Below are positions 18,917 through 29,300 of a stretch of DNA of 64,000 nucleotides, in pieces (position 1 is the stretch's first letter; every line of letters begins with the position of its first letter). The translations under genes and the position numbers were made by a program. Under the pieces are notes generated by a model. It saw only the letters and a list, made by a program, of their open reading frames with translations. It was not told the origin of the DNA and did no database searches. This stretch comes from an uncultured Bacilli bacterium (GTDB lineage Bacteria; Bacillota_I; Bacilli_A; RF39; UBA660), in assembly GCA_944359055.1 (NCBI GenBank), contig CALVSO010000005.1:184-64183 (forward strand), in the 5' to 3' direction.

Positions 18917-19990
18917 ATTATCTAAATAATCTCTTAACTTACGCGAACGAGATGGATGTCTTAATTTTCTTAAGGCTTTAGCTTCAATTTGTCTTATACG
19001 TTCACGAGTAACACCAAACAATTGACCTACTTCTTCCAATGTTCTAGCTTTACCATCTTCCAATCCAAATCTTAATCTAATTACTTTTTCTTCTCTTTCA
19101 GTTAAAGTTAATAAAATATCACTTATTTCATCTTTTAACATTTCATTTGTTGCATATTCTTCTGGACTCATATTGTGTTCATCTTTAATAAAATCACCTA
19201 AATGAGAATCATCTTCTTCACCAATTGGAGTTTCTAAACTTACTGGTTCTTGACTTATTTTATAAATTTCTCTTATTTTATCAACTGATGTATTCATTTT
19301 TTTAGCTAATTCTTCTTCTGAAGGTTCCCTATTTAATTCAAGTGTTAATTGTCTTTGAATACGAGCTAATTTATTAATTGTTTCTACCATATGAACTGGA
19401 ACACGAATTGTTCTTGCTTGATCAGCTATTGCACGAGTAATAGCTTGTCTAATCCACCAAGTAGCATAAGTTGAAAATTTATATCCTTTAGACACATCAA
19501 ATTTTTCAACTGCTTTCATTAATCCAATATTTCCTTCTTGGATTAAATCCAAAAACAACATACCACGACCAACATATCTTTTGGCTATACTTACAACTAA
19601 TCTTAAGTTAGCTTCAGCTAAAATAGTTTTAGCTTCTTCATCACCAGCCAATATTCTATCAGCTAAATCTAATTCTTCTTCGTTTGTTAATAATTTAATT
19701 TGTCCAATTTCTTTTAAATACATTCTAACTGGATCATTAATATTTAAATCTTTAGTTAATGTATTATCATCTAATAGTATCTTATCTGATCCACCATCAG
19801 TTTCCTCTTCTGATACAACTGGGATATTGTTTTCATTAAATACATTATATAAATCATCCAATGAATCAGCATCCAACTCTAACCCTTTTAAAGCAGCTGC
19901 TAAATTCTCATAAGTTAAATACCCTTGTTGTTTTCCTAATTTTACTAATTCTTCTTTTCGTTCTGCAAACGATTTAATTTCATTAAACAT
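18914..19990 (-). CDS. rpoD: RNA polymerase primary sigma factor (SigA/RpoD)
   Basis: Region 2 [30 protein letters not shown] and region 4 [30 protein letters not shown]. Confidence 0.95.
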   Translation of the reverse strand: MFNEIKSFAERKEELVKLGKQQGYLTYENLAAALKGLELDADSLDDLYNVFNENNIPVVSEEETDGGSDKILLDDNTLTKDLNINDPVRMYLKEIGQIKLLTNEEELDLADRILAGDEEAKTILAEANLRLVVSIAKRYVGRGMLFLDLIQEGNIGLMKAVEKFDVSKGYKFSTYATWWIRQAITRAIADQARTIRVPVHMVETINKLARIQRQLTLELNREPSEEELAKKMNTSVDKIREIYKISQEPVSLETPIGEEDDSHLGDFIKDEHNMSPEEYATNEMLKDEISDILLTLTEREEKVIRLRFGLEDGKARTLEEVGQLFGVTRERIRQIEAKALRKLRHPSRSRKLRDYLDN

Positions 19991-21710
19991 TTTTTTCTCT
20001 CCTTACCACTAATTCTAATATTCTTTGACCTAATTTAGCTTTTTTTTCTAAATCAGTTTCTTCATTCATTAATTTAGTTAATCGATCACATTCATCATTA
20101 ATATTTTTTTCTTCAATAGCATCAAAATAATCAATTATTAAATTATCACTATAATTTTCTTTTAAATTTAAAGACTCTATCTTACCAACTACAGAAACCA
20201 ATTCACTATCTAGATCGGATAAAAATTCCGCTTCATTTATATAATTATTATTTTTATAAAAATAACTTATTTCATGTGCTAGCATTCGATACTCTTTAGT
20301 TGGAAAATAGATTGTCCTATTATCAAACATTTTAATAACATCAGCACTTCTTAACATATAAAACAATAGTCCTAGTTGTGCCATATCATACTTATTAGTT
20401 TGTACTATTTTTGGTTTATTTATTTTAGGTACTTCTTTTTTGGTTAATTTATCTTTTAAAAATTCGATATCCAAATCAGTTTCTTTACTTAATTTTTTTA
20501 AAGTTATTTCTCTTAATATATCATCATCAATTGAATTAAGTTGCTCAATAACTTCTTTAGCATATTTAGCTTTATCAACAGTTTGACTTAAATCTTTATT
20601 TTTTTTAAGATAATTTAATTTAAAATCCATAACACTTATTGGATTATTTATTTTATCTAAAAATTTATCTTTACCATATTTTAAAATATATTCATCTGGA
20701 TCTAAATCACTTTCTAATCTTACTATTTTAGGTATGATATTATACTGTAATAATATATCACTACAAGCCATAGTTGCTTTAGCACCTGCTTTATCTCCAT
20801 CAAAACATATAATAATATTACTAGCTAATCTTCTTATTATATTAGCATGTTCTTTTGTAAAAGCAGTTCCTAATGTAGCTACTACATTTTTAACACCAAC
20901 ACTATGAGCTCTAATAACATCCATGAATCCTTCCATAATAATGACAGTATTTTTCATTCGACATTCATTTTTAGCTCTTGCATAATTATAAACAAACTCA
21001 CCTTTTTTAAATAATACATGTTCCTTACTATTAATATATTTAGGAGCATCAATATTTGTATATATTCTACCACTATAACCAATTACTTTATTATTTATAT
21101 CATGTAAAGGAAACATAATCCTATCATAAAAGAAATCATGAAATCCTCTTTCATCTTTAACAATTAAACCACTATCAATCAAATCTTTTTCTTTAAATTC
21201 TTTTTTTTCTAACAAAGTAGATAAAGCTTTACTATTTTTAATAGCTAGTCCAATTTCAAATTCTTTAATTAAATCATCATTTATTTTTCTTTTATATAAA
21301 TATTCTTTAGCTTCTCTACCATATGAAGTATTTATATTATTTAAATAAAATTTTTGACCAATATCATAAATTTTATATATATCATTATTTTTAATTGTCT
21401 TAGTATTTTTAGTATCGATAGCAATATTAATGCCAGCCATATCAGCTACCATTTTAACTGCTTCAATAAAAGATACGTGTTCATATTCTTTGATAAAATT
21501 AAAAACATTACCAGCTGTATGACAAGAAAAACAAGAAAATATTTGTTTATCAGGAGAAACACTTAGAGACGGATCACTATCTTCGTGAAATGGACATACT
21601 CCAAAATAATTCTTTCCTTTTTTTGTAAGCGGAATATATTTTGATACAACATCAACTATATCAACACTATTTCGTATTTCATTAATTTGTTCCTGTGATA
21701 ATGTTTTCAT
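19983..21710 (-). CDS. dnaG: DNA primase
   Basis: Zinc-ribbon [34 protein letters not shown] and a [13 protein letters not shown]...DGDKAG. Overlaps rpoD by 8 nt (classic dnaG-rpoD operon). Confidence 0.93.
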   Translation of the reverse strand: MKTLSQEQINEIRNSVDIVDVVSKYIPLTKKGKNYFGVCPFHEDSDPSLSVSPDKQIFSCFSCHTAGNVFNFIKEYEHVSFIEAVKMVADMAGINIAIDTKNTKTIKNNDIYKIYDIGQKFYLNNINTSYGREAKEYLYKRKINDDLIKEFEIGLAIKNSKALSTLLEKKEFKEKDLIDSGLIVKDERGFHDFFYDRIMFPLHDINNKVIGYSGRIYTNIDAPKYINSKEHVLFKKGEFVYNYARAKNECRMKNTVIIMEGFMDVIRAHSVGVKNVVATLGTAFTKEHANIIRRLASNIIICFDGDKAGAKATMACSDILLQYNIIPKIVRLESDLDPDEYILKYGKDKFLDKINNPISVMDFKLNYLKKNKDLSQTVDKAKYAKEVIEQLNSIDDDILREITLKKLSKETDLDIEFLKDKLTKKEVPKINKPKIVQTNKYDMAQLGLLFYMLRSADVIKMFDNRTIYFPTKEYRMLAHEISYFYKNNNYINEAEFLSDLDSELVSVVGKIESLNLKENYSDNLIIDYFDAIEEKNINDECDRLTKLMNEETDLEKKAKLGQRILELVVRREKNV

Positions 21711-21816
21711 ATTTATCTTCCCCTATTTATTAATATACGACAAAAACTAACAATTTCCTTTTTTTTTACATATTTTTTTTAATTTTTTTCATATTATTTA
21801 ATAAGGAGTGACCAAA

Positions 21817-22353
21817 ATGAACTTAAAAGCAATTAAAATAATCGGATTTTTTGTTATATTTTTATTATGTTTCCCTTTTCATTTTTTATATGATTGGTTA
21901 CCTAATTCATTATTTAGTATATTCTTTCCTATAAACGAAAGTATTTGGGAACATATGAAATTAATTTATACTTCGTTTGTTTTTTATGGCATATTTGATT
22001 ATTTATTACTTAAAAAAAATAAAATTGTCTTTAATAATTTTCTAATACAATTATTTTTAATACCGATTATAGCAATCTTTATTTATCTAATTATATTTAT
22101 TCCTATTTATAAAATTATAGGCGAAAATATGATAGTAAGTATCGGATTATTAGCAATTGTAATCTTAATTGAACAAATATTAAGTTATTTTATATTACAA
22201 TATAAAGAAATAAAATATCAAAATATTATAGGAATAATTGGAATTATATTAATATATATTATATTTGGTTATTTAACTTATAAACCAATTGAAAATTATA
22301 TATTTTATGACATAGTAAAAGATAAATATGGAATTAATATTTATATAAAATAA
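21817..22353 (+). CDS. Polytopic membrane protein, function unknown
   Basis: The track start at 21808 is GTG inside the RBS. AAGGAG (21803..21808) followed by ATG at 21817 is more likely. Five or six TM helices and an FPINESIWEHMKL motif. Confidence 0.65.
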   Translation: MNLKAIKIIGFFVIFLLCFPFHFLYDWLPNSLFSIFFPINESIWEHMKLIYTSFVFYGIFDYLLLKKNKIVFNNFLIQLFLIPIIAIFIYLIIFIPIYKIIGENMIVSIGLLAIVILIEQILSYFILQYKEIKYQNIIGIIGIILIYIIFGYLTYKPIENYIFYDIVKDKYGINIYIK

Positions 22354-22371
22354 AAAGACTTATTTAGCCTT

Positions 22372-22743
22372 TTAACATTTCTCATTGTAATTATATATAT
22401 ATTGATTATATTCATTACTATACTTTATTACAACACAACCATTCATTGGCTGTGTTTTATCTAATGGGTTTTGTATTGTCCCATTTTCAACATCTTTGAT
22501 ATATCCTTTTTCTATTAATTCTGTAATTGTTAATTTGAACTCTGAATCATCATTAGGTAATTGTCCAGCGTTATCTATAGCCCAATTATGTGCGGCTTCT
22601 AAAATCATCTTAATTTGCATATCATAAGCTTCTTTTTTAGAATCGTCAATTGTTTTATCTATTATAGGAAATGCAATTAACATAATAACTCCTAATAAAA
22701 TTATTACTCCTAACAATTCAACTAATGTAAACCCTTTTTTCAT
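22372..22743 (-). CDS. Type IV pilin-like protein (prepilin-type N-terminal cleavage/methylation domain)
   Basis: MKKGFTLVELLGVIILLGVIMLIAFPII is a canonical G/FTLxE class III signal. The ATG at 22743 is preceded by AGGTGG. C-terminal Cys pair NGCVV...NEKC. Confidence 0.8.
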   Translation of the reverse strand: MKKGFTLVELLGVIILLGVIMLIAFPIIDKTIDDSKKEAYDMQIKMILEAAHNWAIDNAGQLPNDDSEFKLTITELIEKGYIKDVENGTIQNPLDKTQPMNGCVVIKYSNEYNQYIYNYNEKC

Positions 22744-22781
22744 TGTTACCACCTATTATAATTATACATTTTAATTTTTTT

Positions 22782-23411
22782 TTAGTCAATCTCATTTTTT
22801 CTAATAATATATGTTTTGTCCTTAGTGTAAAAAGCATAAAAAACGTCTTCTAATTTTAATTTGTTTTTATCTAAAATATTATATACCCAATTTAAATCCT
22901 TCTTCATATTTTTGATGGTATCTACATCAATTGTCCCGTCAATTATGATTGGCATTGGATAAACATTATTATCATTAAATACCGATAATTTCCCATTATT
23001 TTCTAATATTGCATAGTTTACATCATTTATATTTTTAACTCCTTGTTCTCTTAATTGTGAGATTAAGTCATCTAAACTATATCTAATTTTTTGCATTTGC
23101 TTAAAATCAACTTTACCTTTATTTATAATAACTTGAGGACTTCCATCAATAAATTTACGAAAAGCATTACTTTTTAAAGCTATATAACTCAAACTTATTT
23201 GTAATATTACTAAAATAGCAATAGGAATTAATGATACAAAGATAGATCTATCTATTTCTTCAATACTCATAGCAGCAAGTTCTGCAATTAAAATAGAAAC
23301 AATTAAATCTATTATTCCTAACTGTCCAACTTCTTTTTTTCCCATTATTCTATAGCATATAGCAATATAAACATACAATACTAATGTTTTAAATATTATG
23401 TTAAAATACAT
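22782..23411 (-). CDS. DUF421 domain-containing membrane protein (YetF/YdfS family)
   Basis: RIMGKKEVGQLGIIDLIVSILIAELAA N-terminal pattern and length typical of DUF421. Confidence 0.7.
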   Translation of the reverse strand: MYFNIIFKTLVLYVYIAICYRIMGKKEVGQLGIIDLIVSILIAELAAMSIEEIDRSIFVSLIPIAILVILQISLSYIALKSNAFRKFIDGSPQVIINKGKVDFKQMQKIRYSLDDLISQLREQGVKNINDVNYAILENNGKLSVFNDNNVYPMPIIIDGTIDVDTIKNMKKDLNWVYNILDKNKLKLEDVFYAFYTKDKTYIIRKNEID

Positions 23412-23485
23412 TTTTAATCACCTATTACATTATGATAAAAGGAATAAAAATTTATACAAAAACATATTAATTATTAGGTGATAAT

Positions 23486-23857
23486 ATGTTTTATTTAAAA
23501 AAATTAAGTAAATCTTTAGGTATTAGTTTAGCCATTTTATTACTTATTACATTATTAATAACATTATTTAATTATATTGGATTAATTGGATTAAAAATTG
23601 TAACAGTTTTTTCTTATATTACACCTTTTATAGCTATGTTTGTTGGTAGCTTATTATTAGGAAAAACAAGTAATAACAAAGGATGGTTAGAAGGCATTAA
23701 ATATGGTTTAATATGTGTAGTAATATTTTTTATATTTAATTATTTAGCTTTTGATAGTGGATTTAATATTTCTAATATAATTTTATACATTATAACTTTA
23801 ATTTCAAGTATTTTAGGTGGAATGATGGGTATAAATTTAAAAAAAGATAACGATTAA
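23486..23857 (+). CDS. Small polytopic membrane protein
   Basis: 123 aa with four predicted TM helices. RBS AGGTGA precedes the ATG. No firm family call. Confidence 0.6.
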   Translation: MFYLKKLSKSLGISLAILLLITLLITLFNYIGLIGLKIVTVFSYITPFIAMFVGSLLLGKTSNNKGWLEGIKYGLICVVIFFIFNYLAFDSGFNISNIILYIITLISSILGGMMGINLKKDND

Positions 23858-24348
23858 TTTGTTATCTTTTCTAAATATCTTTTTTTACATTCTTCAATCA
23901 ATTCTAAAGCTTTTTCTGTATCATAATAATCATCAACTTTTACTTCAATATTTTGTAATGTTTTATAATTTTGAAAAAAGTTTTTAATTTCTTCTAAAGT
24001 AAAATTAGATAAATCATTTAAACATTTAACTTCATTATATCTAGGATCAACATTAACAACTGATATTAATTTATAATCTTCATGCCCATTATCAATTACT
24101 GATAAATAACCAATTACTCTCGCTGGAACAACACACCCAGGAAAAGTTGGTTCAGATGATATTACTAATATATCTAAAGGATCTCCATCATTAGCTAAAG
24201 TATTTTCAATATAACCATATTCTGCAGGATAGCTCATAGCAGAATATAAAACTCTATCTAATTTAATACGATTAGATTTTTTATCTATTTCAAATTTATT
24301 TTTTGTTTTTAATGGTATTTCAATTATAGCTTCTACTACATTATTCAT
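23854..24348 (-). CDS. ppa: Inorganic pyrophosphatase, family I
   Basis: MNNVVEAIIEIPLKTKNKFEID...YPAEYGYIENTLANDGDPLDILVI. The internal ATG at 24348 avoids overlap with the upstream gene and matches the usual N-terminus. Confidence 0.88.
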   Translation of the reverse strand: MNNVVEAIIEIPLKTKNKFEIDKKSNRIKLDRVLYSAMSYPAEYGYIENTLANDGDPLDILVISSEPTFPGCVVPARVIGYLSVIDNGHEDYKLISVVNVDPRYNEVKCLNDLSNFTLEEIKNFFQNYKTLQNIEVKVDDYYDTEKALELIEECKKRYLEKITN

Positions 24349-24961
24349 GATTATTCTCCTTAAAATTTTTAATAAATTCATTATAAGCTTTAGTTTCTAA
24401 TTTTAAATCATATTTTAATTTCTTATTAGTTAAATCATTTAAAAATTGTTTAACTAAATGTGGATTTCTAACCAAAATAGGACCTAGTATATAAGTGCCA
24501 TAAAAATTGTTATATTTTATTATATCTGTATCAGAATATTCACTATTATAACTATTATTATTAATAAAACCTAATATATTATTATTGTAAACTTCTTCCA
24601 TTTTTCTCTTACCTTTAGTAACTTCATATTCAAATATATTTAATGCTTTATTATCTTCTATCTTTTTACCAAACATATCAACACTATTACCAGTTACTAA
24701 CATAAACTTATTGTCTTCAATATATTTTTTTATATCATTTTTATATTTAGATAAATGTTTTAAAGCAATTAATAAATTATCTTCCGTACCAGATCCGATA
24801 TAAACTAAGTCATATTTATCAAATTCTAATTTATCATCTAAAGATAAATACAATATCTCATGTTTTATTTTATTATATTTTAAAATATTACTAATTATTT
24901 TTATATTTCCAGATTCACCATATAAATTAAGAAAATCATAATATAAATAAGCTATTTTCAT
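24341..24961 (-). CDS. gatD: GatD-like (CobB/CobQ-type glutamine amidotransferase-like) partner of MurT, catalytic residues apparently substituted
   Basis: YDFLNLYGESGNI, DLVYIGSGTED, ...GKK... and GTYILGPILVRNP align with the remembered S. aureus GatD. The Cys of LTICGGYQFLGKK reads LVTGNSVDMFGKK here, and the His of GTYLHGPIL reads GTYILGPIL. Confidence 0.6.
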   Translation of the reverse strand: MKIAYLYYDFLNLYGESGNIKIISNILKYNKIKHEILYLSLDDKLEFDKYDLVYIGSGTEDNLLIALKHLSKYKNDIKKYIEDNKFMLVTGNSVDMFGKKIEDNKALNIFEYEVTKGKRKMEEVYNNNILGFINNNSYNSEYSDTDIIKYNNFYGTYILGPILVRNPHLVKQFLNDLTNKKLKYDLKLETKAYNEFIKNFKENNHE

Positions 24962-26277
24962 AATAAACCTCTTTCTTTCAACTTTCCAATATATAAATAA
25001 TTTAAGTCAAAATATAATAAACAGTATAAATCACCTTTAGCATGTTTTAAACAATAATCTAACGAATTTTGATAATCTAAACAATATAAAAACTTTTTAG
25101 GATCAACACTAGCAGTTTTTAACCTAACAGCTAAATCATAAGCAAAAGGACCAATTAATATAATTTTTTCAATACTTTTATCATTTAACAATTCAAAATT
25201 AATATCATATATCCAAGATAAATCTTTTAAGTCATATCTACCACTTATTCTAGTAAAGCCAATAGCAACTGTTTTACTACCTTTTTCTTTAGAAACATAT
25301 TCCAATGATTGATTATAAGATAAAGGAGTTTCATTTTTACTTAATAATAATGTTCCTTTATTATTTTTTACTTTAAATTCATTTAATCTTTTAACTTTAG
25401 TTGATAAATTATTTAAAGATTCAACTATTTTATCTTTATCAACATTATCTACTCTAGCAGTAGTATAACAAGCCAAAATATTATAAGCATTATATAAAGC
25501 TGTATTATTTAATTTAATTGTCTCGTCTTCAACTTTTAATGTTTTAGTTAAAGTCCCTTCAAAATCACAATTTGGTCTATTATAATCATTATTTGGACAA
25601 TGATAATAACCTAAATTGCCATAATTAAAATAATCAAATATTAATTTTTTATGACATTTTGGACAATAAGCTAAATCTAAAGTATCAATTCTATTTTTCT
25701 TAGTAGAATATTTATTTTCTTTTAAACCATAATATGTAATTTTATTTTTCTTACCTAAACTAAACTTTGTTACTAATGGATCATCAGCATTTAAAATTAA
25801 ATGAGTTTTTTCATCAATACTTTTATCTATCTCTTTAAATACTAATTCAAAATGACCATTTCTCGCTAATTGATCTCTAGATAAATTGTTAATAATAAAA
25901 TATTTAGGAGTTATAAACTTAAACACTTCTTTTACATATCTTTCATCTACTTCAATAACTAAAGCATCAACTTTGGTTTTACCATCTATTTTACTTGCTT
26001 CTATTATTGCACTAGTAACACCATCAATTAAATTAGACCCTTTTAAATTAGCTACCACCTTATAACCACTATGTTTATATATTTCATATAAAGTTCCAGC
26101 TACACTAGTCTTACCAGTTGTACCAGTTACAAAAATAGTAGTTTTAGGCATTTCAAAGTAATTTAAAATATTTTTATTCAATTTTAAAGCTACTTTACCA
26201 GGAAAAGCTGTTCCTCTACCTAATTTATGTAATATAAAATAAGATAATTTAGATAACATAATTATTACTCTGTTCAT
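24958..26277 (-). CDS. murT: MurT-like Mur ligase family protein (lipid II isoglutaminyl synthase ligase subunit family)
   Basis: VTGTTGKTSVAG P-loop, Cys-rich ribbon CPKCHKK...HCPNNDYNRPNC, and a C-terminal DUF1727-like LSWIYDINFE. Overlaps the gatD-like start by 4 nt. Confidence 0.75.
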   Translation of the reverse strand: MNRVIIMLSKLSYFILHKLGRGTAFPGKVALKLNKNILNYFEMPKTTIFVTGTTGKTSVAGTLYEIYKHSGYKVVANLKGSNLIDGVTSAIIEASKIDGKTKVDALVIEVDERYVKEVFKFITPKYFIINNLSRDQLARNGHFELVFKEIDKSIDEKTHLILNADDPLVTKFSLGKKNKITYYGLKENKYSTKKNRIDTLDLAYCPKCHKKLIFDYFNYGNLGYYHCPNNDYNRPNCDFEGTLTKTLKVEDETIKLNNTALYNAYNILACYTTARVDNVDKDKIVESLNNLSTKVKRLNEFKVKNNKGTLLLSKNETPLSYNQSLEYVSKEKGSKTVAIGFTRISGRYDLKDLSWIYDINFELLNDKSIEKIILIGPFAYDLAVRLKTASVDPKKFLYCLDYQNSLDYCLKHAKGDLYCLLYFDLNYLYIGKLKERGLL

Positions 26278-26342
26278 TATTAACCACCTAAATATATTAT
26301 ACCATTATTTATAATAATTACTTTATTTATTTACATTTTTTT

Positions 26343-26372
26343 ACAAAAAAAAGCTATTTTTCAATAGCTTTA
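26343..26372 (-). terminator. Rho-independent terminator after the 1367-aa surface protein gene
   Basis: Minus-strand AAAGCTATT-gaaa-AATAGCTTT followed by TTTTTTTG. Confidence 0.65.
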
Positions 26373-26379
26373 AATAAAA

Positions 26380-29300
26380 TTAATCTAAGAAATTTATTGT
26401 AGCATAATCTTCTTTAGTTAAAGAATTGTGATCTGAATAATAATAATTAAATGAATGCTTTCCAGTTGTTGTAGAAGTAATTTTAACGTCATCAGGACCA
26501 ATTAAATTTGTAACATTAATTGTAATTCCAGCAAAACTTTCATTTTTTACTTCTTGGAAGAACATAAATCCAGCGTATTCTCCATCTAAAGTATCATTAT
26601 ACTTATTATTGTTAACGTTTATAACAACATTTTTAGCGTTACTATAATTTGATATTCTTAATGCATTACCAGAAAAATCAAAATAATTATCCTCAATAGT
26701 AATTACATTTCCGTCTTCAAATAAGAACATACTAATAACATTGTTCTTACTCATTCCAGTAAATTCATTTCCTTTTATTATAGTTCCAGTAGCAGTTGGG
26801 GTAGATTGAGAAAATTCAATAATGTTGTATACATTTTCAATATTTATAAATTTATTATTCTCAATTTCAACCTTGCCTTTTGCTGAAATATTAATTGCAT
26901 TGTAAAATGAACCCTTACTATAAGTATTATCAATGACAGAATTTTTCATTGTAAAATTACCATTTGTATTTACTTTTATAACTTGATATCCATTTCCTTT
27001 TCCTGTTCCGGCTGAATTAACATTTAGCATAGTTACACCATCAAGTACCGCATTAGAGCCAGTAACTACAAGATTATCAGTAAGTTTAATATCCTTTACA
27101 ACTACATTATCTCCGGCAATTATAACTTTACCAGATACTGTTGCACCATTACCAACAATTGTTGTATTAGCATTAATTACTAAATCTTGATTTAAAATAA
27201 TATTTTGATTTTTTGGAAGAATTATTGTACCATTATTTTCACTTATAGCTTTTAAAATTGTATCAGCACTTGTGTCAGCATATACAGAAATATTATTCAT
27301 AAACGTTTTATTTTCATTATAACCATTATCAACTGCACAATAACTTACACCTTTAAATGCATAACCTGCTGGAATAGGATAGTTTCCTGCATAATCAGTT
27401 TTACCTTTAACATCTTCTCTTCCAACACCTGAAATACCATTATTATATGCTTCAATTAATTCTTCACAAGATTGATAATTGTGTGTGAAATCATAATAGA
27501 TATATTTTATACCATTAACATCACTCATATTATAATCAATACTTCCAAAATAAGTAGTATTACTTGCTACACCAGTTATTTTTGGAGCTGTTGTATCTTC
27601 AACTATAACCCATCTTTTTGCATCATATGGAGTATAACCATTGTCTGTTTTAGATGAATTACCTGCACCATCTACATAGTCATAATAAAGCAAATATCTA
27701 CCTTCAACAGTCGGGTCAACACCAGTTTCTGTTACATTACCTAAAAATTTTCCATTTAAATCATATAAATTAATTTTAGTAGGTTGTAAATCAGTTATCG
27801 TTGCATCTACATTGTCTGTCATTGTTGCACCTAATTCTTTATATTCAGAACCAAATTCAACATAAGTATCTGTCTTTCCATTAATAGTTACAACAGGAGC
27901 AGTTGTATCAGTCATAACTAACATCATAAGTTTTTCTTCACTAACATTTCCTGCTTTATCTGTTACTTGATAATAAATATTATATCTTCCGACTTTTCTA
28001 GTATCAAAGCCATTAGTTTTATAATCATAATTATAAATATTATCTTCTAAAACACTACCAGGAGCTAAGAAATCTACTCTTTTTGGCTCAATTTTCATAT
28101 CTTCGTCAAATGAAGCATCAGTTGCAGTAGCTAAAATGTCATCTAAAGAAATTGCAGTACCTGATTCGATACGATATTCGTTTTTGTTTAATCCTTCAGT
28201 ACCAACAATACTAATTGTAGGTGCTGTGTTATCAACAATTGCAGTTCTATCATTACTTGTGACTGTTTGATCTAAAATTTTAATGTCTGCTGTTTCGTTA
28301 CCTGCTAAATCTTTAACATTACTTAAAATTAATACTAAGATTCCATCTTTAAAGTTATCTTCAGCATTAATTTCTACTTTGCCTTGATAAATATATTTAC
28401 CTTCTTCTGTTACATATTTATCAACTAATTTTAATTCAACTTGTTTATTATCAACATTAAGAATTGGATTTTCTAGTAATTGTTCTGTAAATTGCATTCT
28501 GAACACAAATGAACTTCCATTTTTAATATAATAAGTTCTTCTAGTACCATCAATTTCTGGTTCAATACCAGTTCCATCAAAATCAAGTGTTGAATAAACT
28601 CTACCAGCAGGAGTTGTATCTAAATATACAATATGTCCATTAGTTGGTTTAATAATATCATCTATTTTATTACCTGCTTTATCTTCAATATTAGATACAT
28701 TCATGGTTATTTCACCATCAATCATACCTAATTCTTTTGTTAATTCAACATATGCAGAATATTGATATTCACCATTATCATTTTTTCTTACTGTAATATC
28801 TTTTTCATCAATAATATATTCTTTACCATTATTAATCAATTTAAATGTAGGAATATTTTTTAATTCTTCATTAAATCTAACATAAGTATAGATTTTATCT
28901 CCATATGTACCATAAAATATTTTTTGATTGTTAGAATCACCATTTATTAAAATATTAGCAGCTGAAGTTTTTGGAGCAGTTTTATCAAGTGTAAATGTCT
29001 TTGTACTTACATTTCCTGATGCATCAGTTACAATAATTTCATATGCACCGTCGCCTAACCAACTTAGATCAGCTCTTTTATAACTTTCACCTGAATATTT
29101 ATGTTTTTCTTCACCATTAATTTTAACAATTACATCAAAACTAGATAAATCTGTAATAGTAACATTACCATTATTTGTGTAACCATTATCTAATAGTAAA
29201 TCTAATTTTATTTCTGGTTTAGTAGTATCTACTACTGTAATAAATATATCATTGTATGCTTTATTACCTGCTTCATCAGTTGTTACATATTGTAATTTAT

